The notes below the pieces were generated by a model. That model searched no databases and was not told the origin of the DNA. It worked only from the letters and a program-made list of their open reading frames with translations. A DNA stretch of 64,000 bases from Prasinococcaceae sp. CCMP 1430 (lineage: Eukaryota; Plantae; Prasinodermophyta). Below, piece by piece: positions 22,306-34,255 of the stretch. The DNA is taken from contig RQSC01000026.1 of assembly GCA_013416795.1 (NCBI GenBank), forward strand, positions 667,213 through 731,212, written 5' to 3'. A program made the position numbers and the translations under genes. Each line of letters begins with the position of its first letter. Within the stretch, counting starts at the first letter, position 1.

Positions 22306-25300
22306 ATGGCCGGCATGACGGACTACGAGAAGGAGCGCCAGGCGAACATCGCGCGCAACCGAGCCAAGATGATGGAGCTCTCGCTCAAGAAGCTTGGCAA
22401 CCAGGTGGCGGGCGAGCAGCAGGCCAAGAAAGGGCCTGGCCGGCCGGCGGGGAAGCTGTCCGAGGAAAAGAAGCGAGAGGTGCGCCGATGGCTCGCTGTC
22501 CATCCGCTCCCGCCCGTTTTCACCGCGCTGCAAAGCGACGCCGCCCGCCATCGCCCATGCTCTCGGATTCGCACTGACGCTCTTTGCCCCCCACCCGCCC
22601 ACCACCCCACCACCCCCGCGCGCGTGCCTCGCATGCTACGCTGCAGCTCAAGCGCCGGAAGGAGGAGAAGCTCGCGCGGCCGCGGCGGCAGTCCGCGCGC
22701 ATCAAGGAGGCAGAGGAAAAGAAACCCCGATTCATACGCTCTGTTGTGAATGATCACGGCCGTGTGGTGTGCAAGACTGGGCCGCGTGTGAAGCTGACCA
22801 TCAGGTCGCTCGGCGTCCTGGCCGAGGACGCCGACTGCACCAGCGACGGTGTGCTGGTACCGCGGTATTTCGCCGCCGAGGGCACGCTCTTCGGCGAGCC
22901 ACTGCGAGTGTGGGTGGACGGCGACGGCAAGCACTTCGCTAAGTGGGGAGTCCGCCAGCCAAAGCTGCTTTGGGCGCCTGTGACGACGCCTGAGGACGAG
23001 GCCACCACCGAGCATGACACGTGCAACGCAGTCGCGCTCAAACTACCGACCTTCGCCCCGGCCGCGCCAAAAGTCGAGGACGTGAGTAAGGCTGCTGCGG
23101 AGGTGGCTGGCCAGCCGAATGCTGAGGCGACGGCTGGAGGCGCCACCGCCGCCGAGACCACGGCTGCTGCGCTCCCAGCGCAGGCTGGCGAGGCCCTCCA
23201 TGCCGATGCTGCGGTCGCCAAGCCCACAGCGCCGGATGGAGGCGGCGCCGCCGCCGATGCCACCGTGGATGCGTCTGCGGCGCAGCCCGCACGCACCACC
23301 GCTGCTACCGCCACGCTCGATGCGCCCGGGGCGACGGGAATGGACACCGGTGCTGACGGTGCAGTAGACGGGCGCGTTGGCGACGACCACGGCGAGGGCG
23401 CGGAACCCGATCCATACGAGGACTGCGCCGCCCGCCGAGCAGCCTCTCTGGCGGTCCTGTGCATCGCGCGCGAGCGCCAGAGGCGGGGGCCAACGCCGCA
23501 CACTGTCAAGGAGCCAGTGACGCAGCCCGCAGAAACGCACATGCTGACGCCGATGATCGCTCCGATTGCAGCGGCCCAGGTTAAGTCAGCCACGCCGATG
23601 TCATCTGGAGCAAGGCTGGGGTCTGTGAAGAGTAGGTCTGGGGTCAGGACCAGCGGTGCTTCGGGCGGAAAGTCGCACAAAAGAGCGGAGGATAGCACAA
23701 AACCGCCGCGGGCAAAGAAGCGCGCTCCCGGATCGCAGTATCGCGAGCCCAAATTTGACGAGAACGGCGACGAGGTCAGGTGCTCCAACTGCGGTCTGAG
23801 GTGGAGCCTGACGCCAATCTTTAGAGTGGGCCCCGACGGCAGGAAGACTCTCTGCAACGCGTGCGGACTGTTTTACCTCTCGAAAGGCATCCTGCGGCCG
23901 CCCCAGTTCTGGACACACCTGAAGGGGGCGGACACTGGAGATGACGTGGACACCGACGGCGACGGCGGCCCCGGCGAGAGCGCGGGGGGCGAAGCTGGTG
24001 CGAGCAATGCGACAACTGCGGCCACTGGGGCAGTCGCCGGAACTTCTACGTTGGCCGTTGGAGACAGGCGCGGCCTGCTTCCGGGCTCTATGGGTGGCTT
24101 CGGCGGCGTGCAAGACGTGCCGCCCGGAAGCATAGAGGCCCATGCAGCGTTCGCTCTGGAGAGCCACGTCGTCGCGCAGCGGCATGGCGTCTCGCAGCCA
24201 TCCCACGCCATGCCTCCCATCGCGTCGGTCGACGTGCAGGGCCTCGCACCAGCGGGTGGCGTGCCGCAGGGAGCTATGGGACTACCCGATGGGGTGCGGG
24301 AGATTCCTGGACCAGATCCGACTGGAACATTCGGCGGTGCTGTGTCCGTCCCGATCCCCTCAGCTCCCATGCATTCGCAGCACCAGGGGTCGCTTGGGAT
24401 GCCCATGACCCCAGCATCCCTGAGCCCCGCGGCCCAGGAATTGCTGCAACAGCAAAATATTGCGCAGTACCAGCGCCAGCAGCAGGCCGCGCAACAACCA
24501 GAGCAAGGCCAGCACCAGCAGCAAGTATGGACGCAGCAGCAGCTCATGCAACGAGGGCAAGCACAGTTGCCAAGCCAGCAGCAGCACTATCAGCAGCAAT
24601 ACCAGCCAGCGCTCATGGAGCAGCGCCAGCACCAGCAACAACAGCTCCACCAGCAGCTCCCGCAGCACCAGCGGCTCCCGCAACACCAGCAGTTCCATGA
24701 GCAGCAACAGCAGCAATACCATCAGGTGCAGCCGTCCCCGCCGCAGTCGCAGCAAGTCTTCGATTACCATGGCCAGCACCAGTTTCAGCAGCGCCTGCCC
24801 TTGGGGCAACACCAACAGTCACTCCAGCAGCCCGCGCCTGCGCAGCAACCTTACTACGGAGCACGATACGCCGCTGCCGGACCTTCGCAGCAACAGATGA
24901 TCCAGGAGACGCAACTGCAAATGCAGCAGGCGAGTCTTGCGCAGCAGCTGCGCCAGCAACAACAGTTGCAGCAGGCCGTGCACCAGCAGCAGCCGCATTT
25001 GCCGCAGCAGCCGGGCACAGAGCAGCAGCAAGTGCACGGACAGCCGCGTGGGCAGCCACAGCAGTATGGCTACCTCACGTCACCTCCGGGATTCGTCTTC
25101 AAACAAGGTCCGGCACGTCCTCCCTCTCCGCCACCCTCTCCCGCGCCATCCCCTCCACCTTCGCCACCTCGCGAAGTGTCGACACCGCTGGGTGTGACGT
25201 CTGCAAATGCGGGTGCGGCGGGCACGGTGTGCGAGCCGATGGATACCGGCGACGAGGGGACTGGGGACGCGGGCTCGGTGCACGCGACCTCGCTCAGCGG

Positions 25301-28300
25301 TGTGCGGGTTGTGCAGAGCAACGGCAGTGGCGCGGAGCCAGCGCTCGCCAAGGACAAAGTGGGCGTCGAGGGCACACAGGCGAATGTAGTCGCGGCGGGC
25401 GATCCTATTTCTGAGCTCGCCGCGACTGGCTACTGCGAGGGAGGCGGCGCTGGCGCGGCCGATGCGAGGGCTGGTGCAGACGGCGCGTGTGCGGGGGCGA
25501 TGGACACCGCCCCCGACACCGCCGCAGCGCAGCCCGCGCCGCCAAAGCGCGCACGGGTGGCGCGTGCCAGGAATGTGCCCTACGGTGGTGATCCCATCTG
25601 TCAATTGGCAGCTACTGGATTCTACGAGAAGCTAATCCGTGGCAAGGTCGCGCCGAATGTGTCTTGGGACGAAATCCAGATCAACTTCACTGTCCCGGCG
25701 AATCCTGCCGCCGGTAGTGCTGGCATTGCTCCCGAAGACGACGACGACGTCGACTGGGATGCAATGAAGGCGGAGGCCAAGCGCATGCAGGACGAGCGGC
25801 ATGAGCGCGAACGTCTACAGAAGATCAAGGACAAAGAGAATCTCGAGCGTCGCCGTGCGGAGGAGAAGGCGCTGAGGGCAAAGCAGAAAGCCGAGCGTGC
25901 TGAAGAGCAGCGGCTGCGAGCTATCGCGAGGAAGGCCCACATGGAGGCAGAGAGAAGGCGAAAGGCCGCCGAGGAGGCTGAGCGGAAGGAAAGGGAGGCC
26001 GAGGCCATTCGGCTCGACGCAGAGGCGAGGGAGCGCAAGCTCACCGAGAAGGAGCTGAAGCAGATGGAGAGGACCGAGCGCCACGATTTCGAACAGGCGA
26101 AAAAGGCGCGTGTGGACGCTGGCATGCACAGCCCGCTCTTGCTTGACAATCCCATGTCCGCGGTTCCACTCAAGGGCAGCCCCTCGTACGCCGCGTACAC
26201 CGAGGCTGAAACTGATGCGAACGCATGGGCACAGAATGCCGGCAAAGGCGCGCATGTCCCTGAGAGGCTCCACGTTCGCGTGAAGGACATGCAGGCCGTC
26301 TTCCTGCCTGGGCGCGAGCTCGGTGGCCACAGTGGCCAGTCGCACGTCCGCGCGGAGCCGTGTGTGATCACGTACATGGGCAACGACGTGATCACACCGT
26401 CCAAGTTCGAGGCGATGGGTGGCAATATTAACCAGCGATGGAAGTCGTCCGTGCACGCCAACACTGATGTGGGTGGCCGACAGCCGCTCGGCACGCCCAT
26501 GGGGGCCCTCTTCCGGAAACTTGGCGATGCCTTCGGCGGCGAGAGCATCGTTGGGAAGCGCGTCGAAGTGTTCTCGTTGGCCGAGCGCAGGGTCAAGGTT
26601 GCCACCATCACTGCGTACGTTCCCAACAGCGGTTTCCACAAGGTCGAATACCGCGTGGCGGACTCTGTGGTCGCTGCTCAGGCCATTGTCAACGCGATAA
26701 TTGACACCGCGACCGACAGTGCCGCCCAGGCTGTGCGCGGCGTCATCGACGGCATAGTCGACGCTGTGGTGCCCGCGACGGGCGAGGGCGAGGCGCAGCA
26801 GACGCAGGCGGAGGAACAGGCCATCAGTGAAGCCGAGGCCATCGCCCGCGAGGTCGTCGATGGGCTGGTCACAGAAGTCGAGAGCGCAGACATCCATAAC
26901 GGTCGTCCAGGCGAAAATGGCGAGCTCCTCCTGGCGCTGAACTGGTGTCGCTTGCTCGACTCGCCCACACCGGCGATTCGGCTCAACTCGGCCCCGTGGG
27001 AAGACGTGAGCTGGCTCGTTCCAGACGTGCACAAGCTAGCCGCACTCGCGGCCAACAAGACGCCGAAGCACAAGGCATCGGGCGCGGATTCGAGGGCGAT
27101 CCACACTCCGGCGGCGCGGACCCCAAAGCCACCCAGGCCGCCGCCGCTCACCCCGGCGGAGAAAGCCGAGGTCGTGACTGTTGCCGCAGCGGCGAAGGTT
27201 ACGGCGGCTAACCCGCCCCCTGTAGGAGACGACGGCGAGGTGCTGCTCGAAAAGCTCGATGGCTGGGGCATCTTTGGTTATGCGGATGAGGCCGTGCAGC
27301 ACGAACTTCGCGCCAAGCACACGGGCACGTGGCTAGAGGACACAAACTTTGAGAACGTTGACCCCGACGCACTGGACGAATTGCTGGGAGAGACAAGTGG
27401 CAGGAGGAGGGGAAAGCGTGGGCGCAAGCCCAAGGGGAATGATCTGGCCATGACTCTTGCCGACGACATGCGCAGGACCCCGGGTGAGTGTATCCTGTGC
27501 GGAGAAATGCCATCGGCGGAGCGGCCGCTCCTCGACGTCGACGGCTTCCGCGTGCACCAAGAGTGCGCTCTCTGGAGCCCCGAGGTGTACTGCGAGGGCC
27601 ACAAGATCGTCGGCCTGCCGGATGCCGTCCTGCGTGGGTCTCAGCTGCGGTGCACGCGGTGCCTCGACGTCGGTGCAACAGTGGGATGCCGACACCCATC
27701 GTGCAACCGCACCTTCCACATCGGCTGCGTCATCTCCGGCGGTGGTTCCATAAACACGAAGGACTTCCTAGCAGCCTGCAAGCAGCACAGGACCGAGGAG
27801 GACATTGAGGAGACCAAGGCTATGCTTGAGGAGGCAGCGCAGGCTCCGGCGGCGGACGAGGGCGCCCCGGGGGCCCTCGATGGCTCGGCTGCGGGCGAGG
27901 GCGTGCAAGCGGCCGGTGCAGCTGACCCGCAGGTTCCCAGCGCTGTGGCACCTGAGGCGGCCGCGCCTGGGCTGCCCAGCTCTGCACAACCTGGAGGTGA
28001 GGCGGATGCTGCTGTCGCGATGGAGGTTGATGCGCAGGGCGCGAGTGCGGCGGATGCCATCACGGCTGCGAATGGAGAGGGCGCGCAGGGCGCTGTCGAT
28101 GCCCCACAAGGGCCTCCTGAGGCCGAACACGACCCCACGAAAGGCATCGTGGACGATCCAGCAGCCGTGCTTCGCAAGTTTCAGACCGCAAACCCACCGC
28201 TGGCTGGACCTATATGCGCTTTCTGCGGGGTCCCCGGCGATGCGGTGCGGCCAGTTCACCAGGTCGATGGACATCCGGTGCACCTCGAATGCGCGCTTTG

Positions 28301-29852
28301 GGCCCCCGAGGTCTACTGGTCCTCGCAAGGCGGCGACGATAAGGCGCCGACTCTCGCAGGCGTTGCCAAGGCCGTCGATCGCTGCAAGGACTTCGAGTGC
28401 GGGATCTGTGGCAAGCCTGGTGCAAGCATGCAGTGCCGCACGTCGAAGGGCTACGACCACAAAGGTGTGCACAGGCGATGCCAGAACAGATACCACTTGC
28501 TCTGTCTGCTGTCATCTGGGGGCGGAGTGCGCACGGAAGACTGGACCTGCACTTGCCCTGCGCACGCAACCAAGACGGACAACGAACGAACGGCTGTGCT
28601 CATTGGCAAGCTCGACGAGCAGCTCGGAAGGGCTTGGGCCCCAACAATTGCCGACAGGTGCCGACTCGCCGCTGCCGAGTTCGAGGAAAAGCGCCAAAAA
28701 GAGCTCGAGCAGAGGCGCCAGAAGCAGCTTGCGCGCCAGTCGAGGGCGGCTGCGAGCGGGGCTGGCGACGACCTCTCGGACGGGGACGAAGGCGACGGCG
28801 CGGGCCGAGCGAAGCGTCCGCTGGATTTTGACGACTCATCGGACGAAAGCGATGACGAGCACGAGTCTGGCGACGAAGGCGAGGGTGACGATGATGCCGA
28901 CAAAGACTTCAAGCCGAGGTCGGGCGGCAAGCGTAAGCGCAGCAGTGGGGCGAGGCGTCGCTCGGGCCAGAGGCCACCTAGGCCGAGGGCGTCGGGCTCG
29001 CGCTCGGGGGCACGGACGTCGGGGTCTCGCAAGACCAAGGCAGCGGATGGCGAGCCAGATCGCAAGCGCGCGAGAGGACCCCGTCCGCCAAAGCCCGAAA
29101 AGCCTCCTTACTGCGCCGCCTGTGCCGTGGGGAGACACACAGCGCACGACCCGCGCGACCCCAAGTGCAAGCGGCACGACCCCAACGCCCCTGCCACAGG
29201 ACCTCCGACCGCCAAACCCAGAGCGCGGAAGCCCAAGAAGGATGCCAAGAAGGATACCAAGGATGCCCCCCCCGCAGCTGCCGACGCGCAAGCTGAGGCC
29301 GAGGAGGAGGACGAGCTTGAGCCGCTGCCGCCCGCGCCCGAAGGTGCGATCTGCGCGCTGTGCGGGCTCGGAGCTACTGCTGGCAGGTCGATGGTGCTCG
29401 TCGAGGGGCACGCGGTGCACGATGACTGCGCGGTCTGGTGCCCACAGGCGTACTACGACGCCGACAACAAGCTGGTGGGCCTTGCCAGCGAGGTGAAGCG
29501 TGCCTCGCGCCTCACGTGCGCAAAGTGCGGAAAGCCCGGCGCGTCGATCGGGTGCCTGCACAAGGCATGCCAGCGGTCTTTCCACCTGGGCTGCGTGACT
29601 CCTGCAGGAGGTCTGCTCATCCCCGAGTCGTATACTGCCAGGTGCCAGGTGCACGTGCCTCCCTCCATGCGCAAGAAGGCCGAGGCCGCCAAGGCGGCGG
29701 CTGAGCAGGAGCCGGCAGTTGTCATGGATGTAGCGGACGATGCGCCGAAGGCAGCGGCGGACACGAAATCACCGCCGGCCGCGCGCAACAGGGGGGTGAC
29801 GACGAAGAGGGTGGTGGCGACGAAAAGCAAGTCGCACCGCAAGCGCAAGTGA
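22306..29852 (+). CDS. ~2460-aa nuclear protein with GATA zinc finger, Q-rich region, coiled coil, SAND-like, Tudor-like and three extended PHD (zf-HC5HC2H) domains; join(22306..22479,22647..29852)
   Basis: CSNC-x20-CNAC; ITPSKFEAMGG..RWKSSV; three copies of CxxC...VHxxCAxWxPxxY...CxxC...GA...C...C...[FY]HxxC. The intron joins the exons in phase 0. Confidence 0.85.
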
Positions 29853-29938
29853 CGGACGCGCGGGGCACGGCAGGTTTTGTGACGGGCCCGGGTGCGCGTC
29901 TTGTGCCAGCGCACCCTCGTGTAAAATTTGATACATTA

Positions 29939-31193
29939 TTACAAGCGCGCGTGCGAGTGCTGGTGCGTCTGCGGCGCGCGCATCACTTCTGCGAGCGCGC
30001 ATTCCCCTCTAATTCCCGCGCGACGGCCTTCGCCAGCCGGGTATGCGTCAGCGGGACGAACACGTATCGCACAACACGCTCCCACGCACGCATGGATGCA
30101 TGCTCGCGACAGCGCACCTACCTCATAGCGCAGCGCCAGCGCGCGATACACGTCGGCGTGCGCCTCGACTGACGGCCCGATGGGCCGCGCATAGCCGCCA
30201 CCCATGCACACGACGAGCGCGGCGCGTGCGTCGATGCATGCCGAGTACACGAGGTTGTTCCGCTGCAGCAGCCCCCCTCTCGTCAACGACAGACGCCCCA
30301 TCGAGTCTTGATCAAGCGCATCCACTCCCGCTTGGAAGATGACCAGCTGCGGGTCATAGTCGCGGAAGAGCATCGGAAGGGCTTCACGCAGCGATGTGAG
30401 GTACTCCTCATCACGCGTACCGTCGGCGAGCGCCACCTCGACGTCCGCAGGGGCGCGCGACTGCCACGGCCAGTTCGCGTCCGCATACATGTCGAAGGTG
30501 GCCACGCGCGGCTCGTGCGCGAATATGGCCGCCGTGCCGTTGCCCTGATGGACGTCACAGTCCACCACGAGGACGCGCTGCACCACGTCGGCGTACTCCT
30601 CAAGCGCTGTGGTGGCGGCTACGGCGATGTCGTTGAAGACGCAGAAGCCCTCGCCGCGCGCAGCGAACGCGTGGTGCGTGCCGCCGGCGGTGTGCGCCCC
30701 GGCAGTTGGTGCGAATTGGTCGTCGCCCCCGCGCCGCCGCCCACCGCGGGCACGCCCGCGCGCGCTGCGCCGCCGCTGCTGCAGCGCGTAATGCGTGGCC
30801 GCCAGCGTGCCGCCCGTCGAAGCAAAGCTTCGTCGGACCTGGTCGACGGAAAAGGGGAAGCCGATTGCACGCATGTCGGCATCGCTCACGCTGGCGTCAA
30901 GGAGGCCATTCGCGTACGCGGGGTCGTGCACTCGCTCGACTGCCGGGAGCGGCGCGAGCGGTGCGCGCGAGAAGTCCAGCGCGCCACGCACGGCAGCGTC
31001 CGCTTGTAGCTCCTCGCGCACCAGACGATACTTGTCCATTGGGAAGCGGTGCTTCTCCGGCAGGGTCACCGTGGCCCAGTCGCTGAAGAAGACGTGCGGC
31101 ACGCTCTCGTTCCGCGCGGCCGCGACAGCAGCGGCCGCTGCCGCACGCGCGCCGTCCGCGCCGTCGCTCGGCCGCCCCCGCGCGCGCGCCCAT
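29939..31193 (-). CDS. Histone deacetylase superfamily protein (class IV/AcuC-like); both ends uncertain
   Basis: HRFPMDKY, GGTHHAF...GEGFCVFND, VDCDVHQGNGTA, QAGVD and GGGY motifs. Possible intron donor near 30122. Confidence 0.9.
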
Positions 31194-31809
31194 CGGCGCC
31201 CACCTTCCCCTTCGTTCCCCCGCCCCCTCTGGCGCGCGCGGGGGGCACAGGACTGGCGCGAGCCCCGCGCCCCCCCCCACACACACATACACACCCTCCC
31301 CTCAGCTTGCCGCCGGCCTGCACCTCCCACCTGCCACAGCAGCGGAGCCCTCCGCAAACCCTCGGCCACGTCACCCAACGCTGCGACAGTTACGACGAAA
31401 TTCGGTGCGTGTTGCGGTTACGTTTTTAGGGTCATGTCCGCTTTTTTGGCGGTGTGCGCACATTCGCAATCCGCGAGGCGTCGATTTGACCCGAAAACGA
31501 ATGCAAACTCTGCAGCGATTCGAAAGGGAGTTCAACGAGGGTTTCCGCCGCGGGACTGAATTTTTCGAGAGGTGCGCGAGCGGGCGCTGCCGCCGGCGCG
31601 CTGCGCGCGCTTCTGCGCCTGCGCACCCGAGGGGGGTGTAGGGTGGGGGTGGGGGAGGCGACGCCCCGCCGCGGAGAGGGACCACACGCGCTCTCCCGCG
31701 CGCGCGCCCGACCGATCGCGATCCCGCGCCGCACCCCTTCGCGCACGCACGAACAAACACCCGCGCGCTCGCAGCGTGCGCCGCGCGTGCGCGAGAGAGT
31801 GCCTCCGCC

Positions 31810-32454
31810 ATGGGCTTGTACCTCGGCAAATTCCGCATTGGCGTGGAGCTGCCTGCGGTGGCGCACGCGGAGAAGCGCGCCGGCTACGAGCTGCGCACGT
31901 ACGCGCCCGCCGTCGCTGCAGCCGTCGAGGCCGAGGGCGAGGCGCTCAAGGGATCCGACGGCTTCCGCGCGCTCGCGGGCTACATTGGCGCATTCGGCGA
32001 GGCCAAGAACGATGGCGGTGGCAAGATCGCCATGACGGCACCGGTGGTCACGCAGGACAAGCCAGCGGCGGGCACGAAGATCGCCATGACTGCGCCGGTG
32101 GTCACGCAGGACGGCAGCGAGTCGTACGTCATGCAATTCATCATGCCCTCGAAGTACACCTCGGTGGAGCAGCTTCCAGCACCCACCGACTCGCGCGTCT
32201 CGCTCGTGCAGCTGCACGAGCGCACGCTCGCCGTGCGCCAGTTCGGCGGCAGGGCCACCGCGGCAAGCATCGAAAAGAACACAGAGGCTCTCCTCTCCGC
32301 GCTCGAGCGGGACGGCGTGACGTGCGAGGGCGGTGCGAGCCCCAGGGAGGCCCCGGTGGAGCTCGCGCGCTACAACGACCCCTTCACGCCCGGTTTTCTT
32401 CGCACCAACGAGGTGTGGATACGCGTCGCAGCGAGCACGGCGGGCGGCGAGTAG
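31810..32454 (+). CDS. SOUL heme-binding family protein
   Basis: YELRTY, GFRALAGYIG, KIAMTAPV (twice), MQFIMPSKY...LPAP and ARYNDPFTP..RTNEVWI motifs. Confidence 0.93.
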   Translation: MGLYLGKFRIGVELPAVAHAEKRAGYELRTYAPAVAAAVEAEGEALKGSDGFRALAGYIGAFGEAKNDGGGKIAMTAPVVTQDKPAAGTKIAMTAPVVTQDGSESYVMQFIMPSKYTSVEQLPAPTDSRVSLVQLHERTLAVRQFGGRATAASIEKNTEALLSALERDGVTCEGGASPREAPVELARYNDPFTPGFLRTNEVWIRVAASTAGGE

Positions 32455-33843
32455 GGGCGGCTGGCACGCAACGCGCGTGCATGAAGTGTGTACTCTATGT
32501 ATCGAACATGATTTACAACTTATAGGAGGCGAGGAGGCGCCCACGCTCTCACTCCCTGCCCGCTCTCATCGGCGCGGCGACGCGCTCTGTTGCGCGCGAG
32601 CGTGCGTGCATGCGTGTGTGCGTGTGTGTGTGTGCGTTGAGCGGGAGAGTCAGTGGGGCGTTTTGCGAGGTGCGTGTACACCCGCGTGGGTGGTAAGGTA
32701 TTGCTCGCAGGGTTTTTCCGAAGTAGTCAGAGCACCGACGGTGCGTCCCATCGGACATAGAATCTGCGTACATGTGCGCATGGTGGGGGAGGCGGGGTCG
32801 TCGTGAGGGCGAGCCCAGCGCGACGGCCGCCTCGACCCCGCGCCTTCACTCTGCGGCGTTACAGCTCAGGAATATACACCCACGCCCACGAGGGGCTGCT
32901 GACTGACGCCCGTTGGGCTGCAGCGAGGTGCTCCTCTGCTAAGGGATGGGCCCCAGCCAGGGTACCCTGTCCCCCGCCGGTGGGCACAGGCACGCGCTGC
33001 GCGCGCTCGGATGCCGAGCGTCGCCGACGGTGCCTTCGCGTGTGCCTGTGCGCGCGCGCGCGCGCTGTGTCGCTGCTGCTCCCTAGGCTAGCCTCGCGCC
33101 ACCTGGACACACTCCGGCTGGTGCTCGCGCTTCCCCCCATCCCTGCCCAAGCCCTGCGCGAGCGCCAGCGCCGCCCGCTGCGTACCTTGAGCAGCGGTCC
33201 TTAGGGTTGCGCACGCGTCGACGGCCGCGGCCCGCGGCCCGCGCCGCTCCCTGCGACCCGCCAGGGGCGCGGACGCCGCCCTCGCGAGCGTCCCTCCGCG
33301 AACCCCCAGCGGGGTCGGTGAGCATGCCCCCGCTGTCCGACACGCCGACTGCGTTCTCGAGGCGCTGCGGCGGCTCGCGGCGGCTGGCGGGGCCCGCCCC
33401 CCATCAAAACGCATCCGAATGGGACGCCCCCACCCGCCCGCACGTCAAAACGCCTCGACGCGTCCTAATCCAAAAAACAAAAAGTTGGGGGGGGAAAAGG
33501 AAAAGAAAGAGACAAAAGTGCCATCGATCGATGGTATCTGTCGACGGCGCGCGCTCGACAGATGCCAAAATCGATGCTTCGGTTTTCCTTTTCCCTTTGT
33601 GCTTTGATGGTCGTGTTCTGCTGCTCCATCTCAACTTTTTAGCACCTTTTTTTTCCTTTCCCTTGAGGAGGTGTCCTTTTCCCTTGGGTTTTCTTTTTCT
33701 TTTCTTTTTCTTTTCTTTTTGTTTTTTTGTATGTGTGTGTTTGTCGTCGATGTTTCAATTTATATCCTGGTTGGTGCTTTGTTGTGCGGCCGCGAGATTT
33801 CAACTTTTTTTTGGCGTCCCCCCCCCCCCCCTTGATGGGGGGG

Positions 33844-34217
33844 NNNNNNNNNNNNNNNNNNNNNNNNNNNNNNNNNNNNNNNNNNNNNNNNNNNNNNNNN
33901 NNNNNNNNNNNNNNNNNNNNNNNNNNNNNNNNNNNNNNNNNNNNNNNNNNNNNNNNNNNNNNNNNNNNNNNNNNNNNNNNNNNNNNNNNNNNNNNNNNNN
34001 NNNNNNNNNNNNNNNNNNNNNNNNNNNNNNNNNNNNNNNNNNNNNNNNNNNNNNNNNNNNNNNNNNNNNNNNNNNNNNNNNNNNNNNNNNNNNNNNNNNN
34101 NNNNNNNNNNNNNNNNNNNNNNNNNNNNNNNNNNNNNNNNNNNNNNNNNNNNNNNNNNNNNNNNNNNNNNNNNNNNNNNNNNNNNNNNNNNNNNNNNNNN
34201 NNNNNNNNNNNNNNNNN
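33844..34217. other. Assembly gap (N run); further gaps at 36334-36374 and 54127-54833
   Basis: N characters. Confidence 1.
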
Positions 34218-34255
34218 GCGCTGCCGCGCCGCGGCGCGCGCGCGCGCGCAGGGAC

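Noticed and set aside
32010-32115. Duplicated KIAMTAPVVTQD in the SOUL protein
   Set aside because: A doubled IxMTAPV motif is common in SOUL-family proteins.
32800-33420. Possible small spliced gene on the minus strand
   Set aside because: Some splice-like signals, but no consistent frame or recognisable product.
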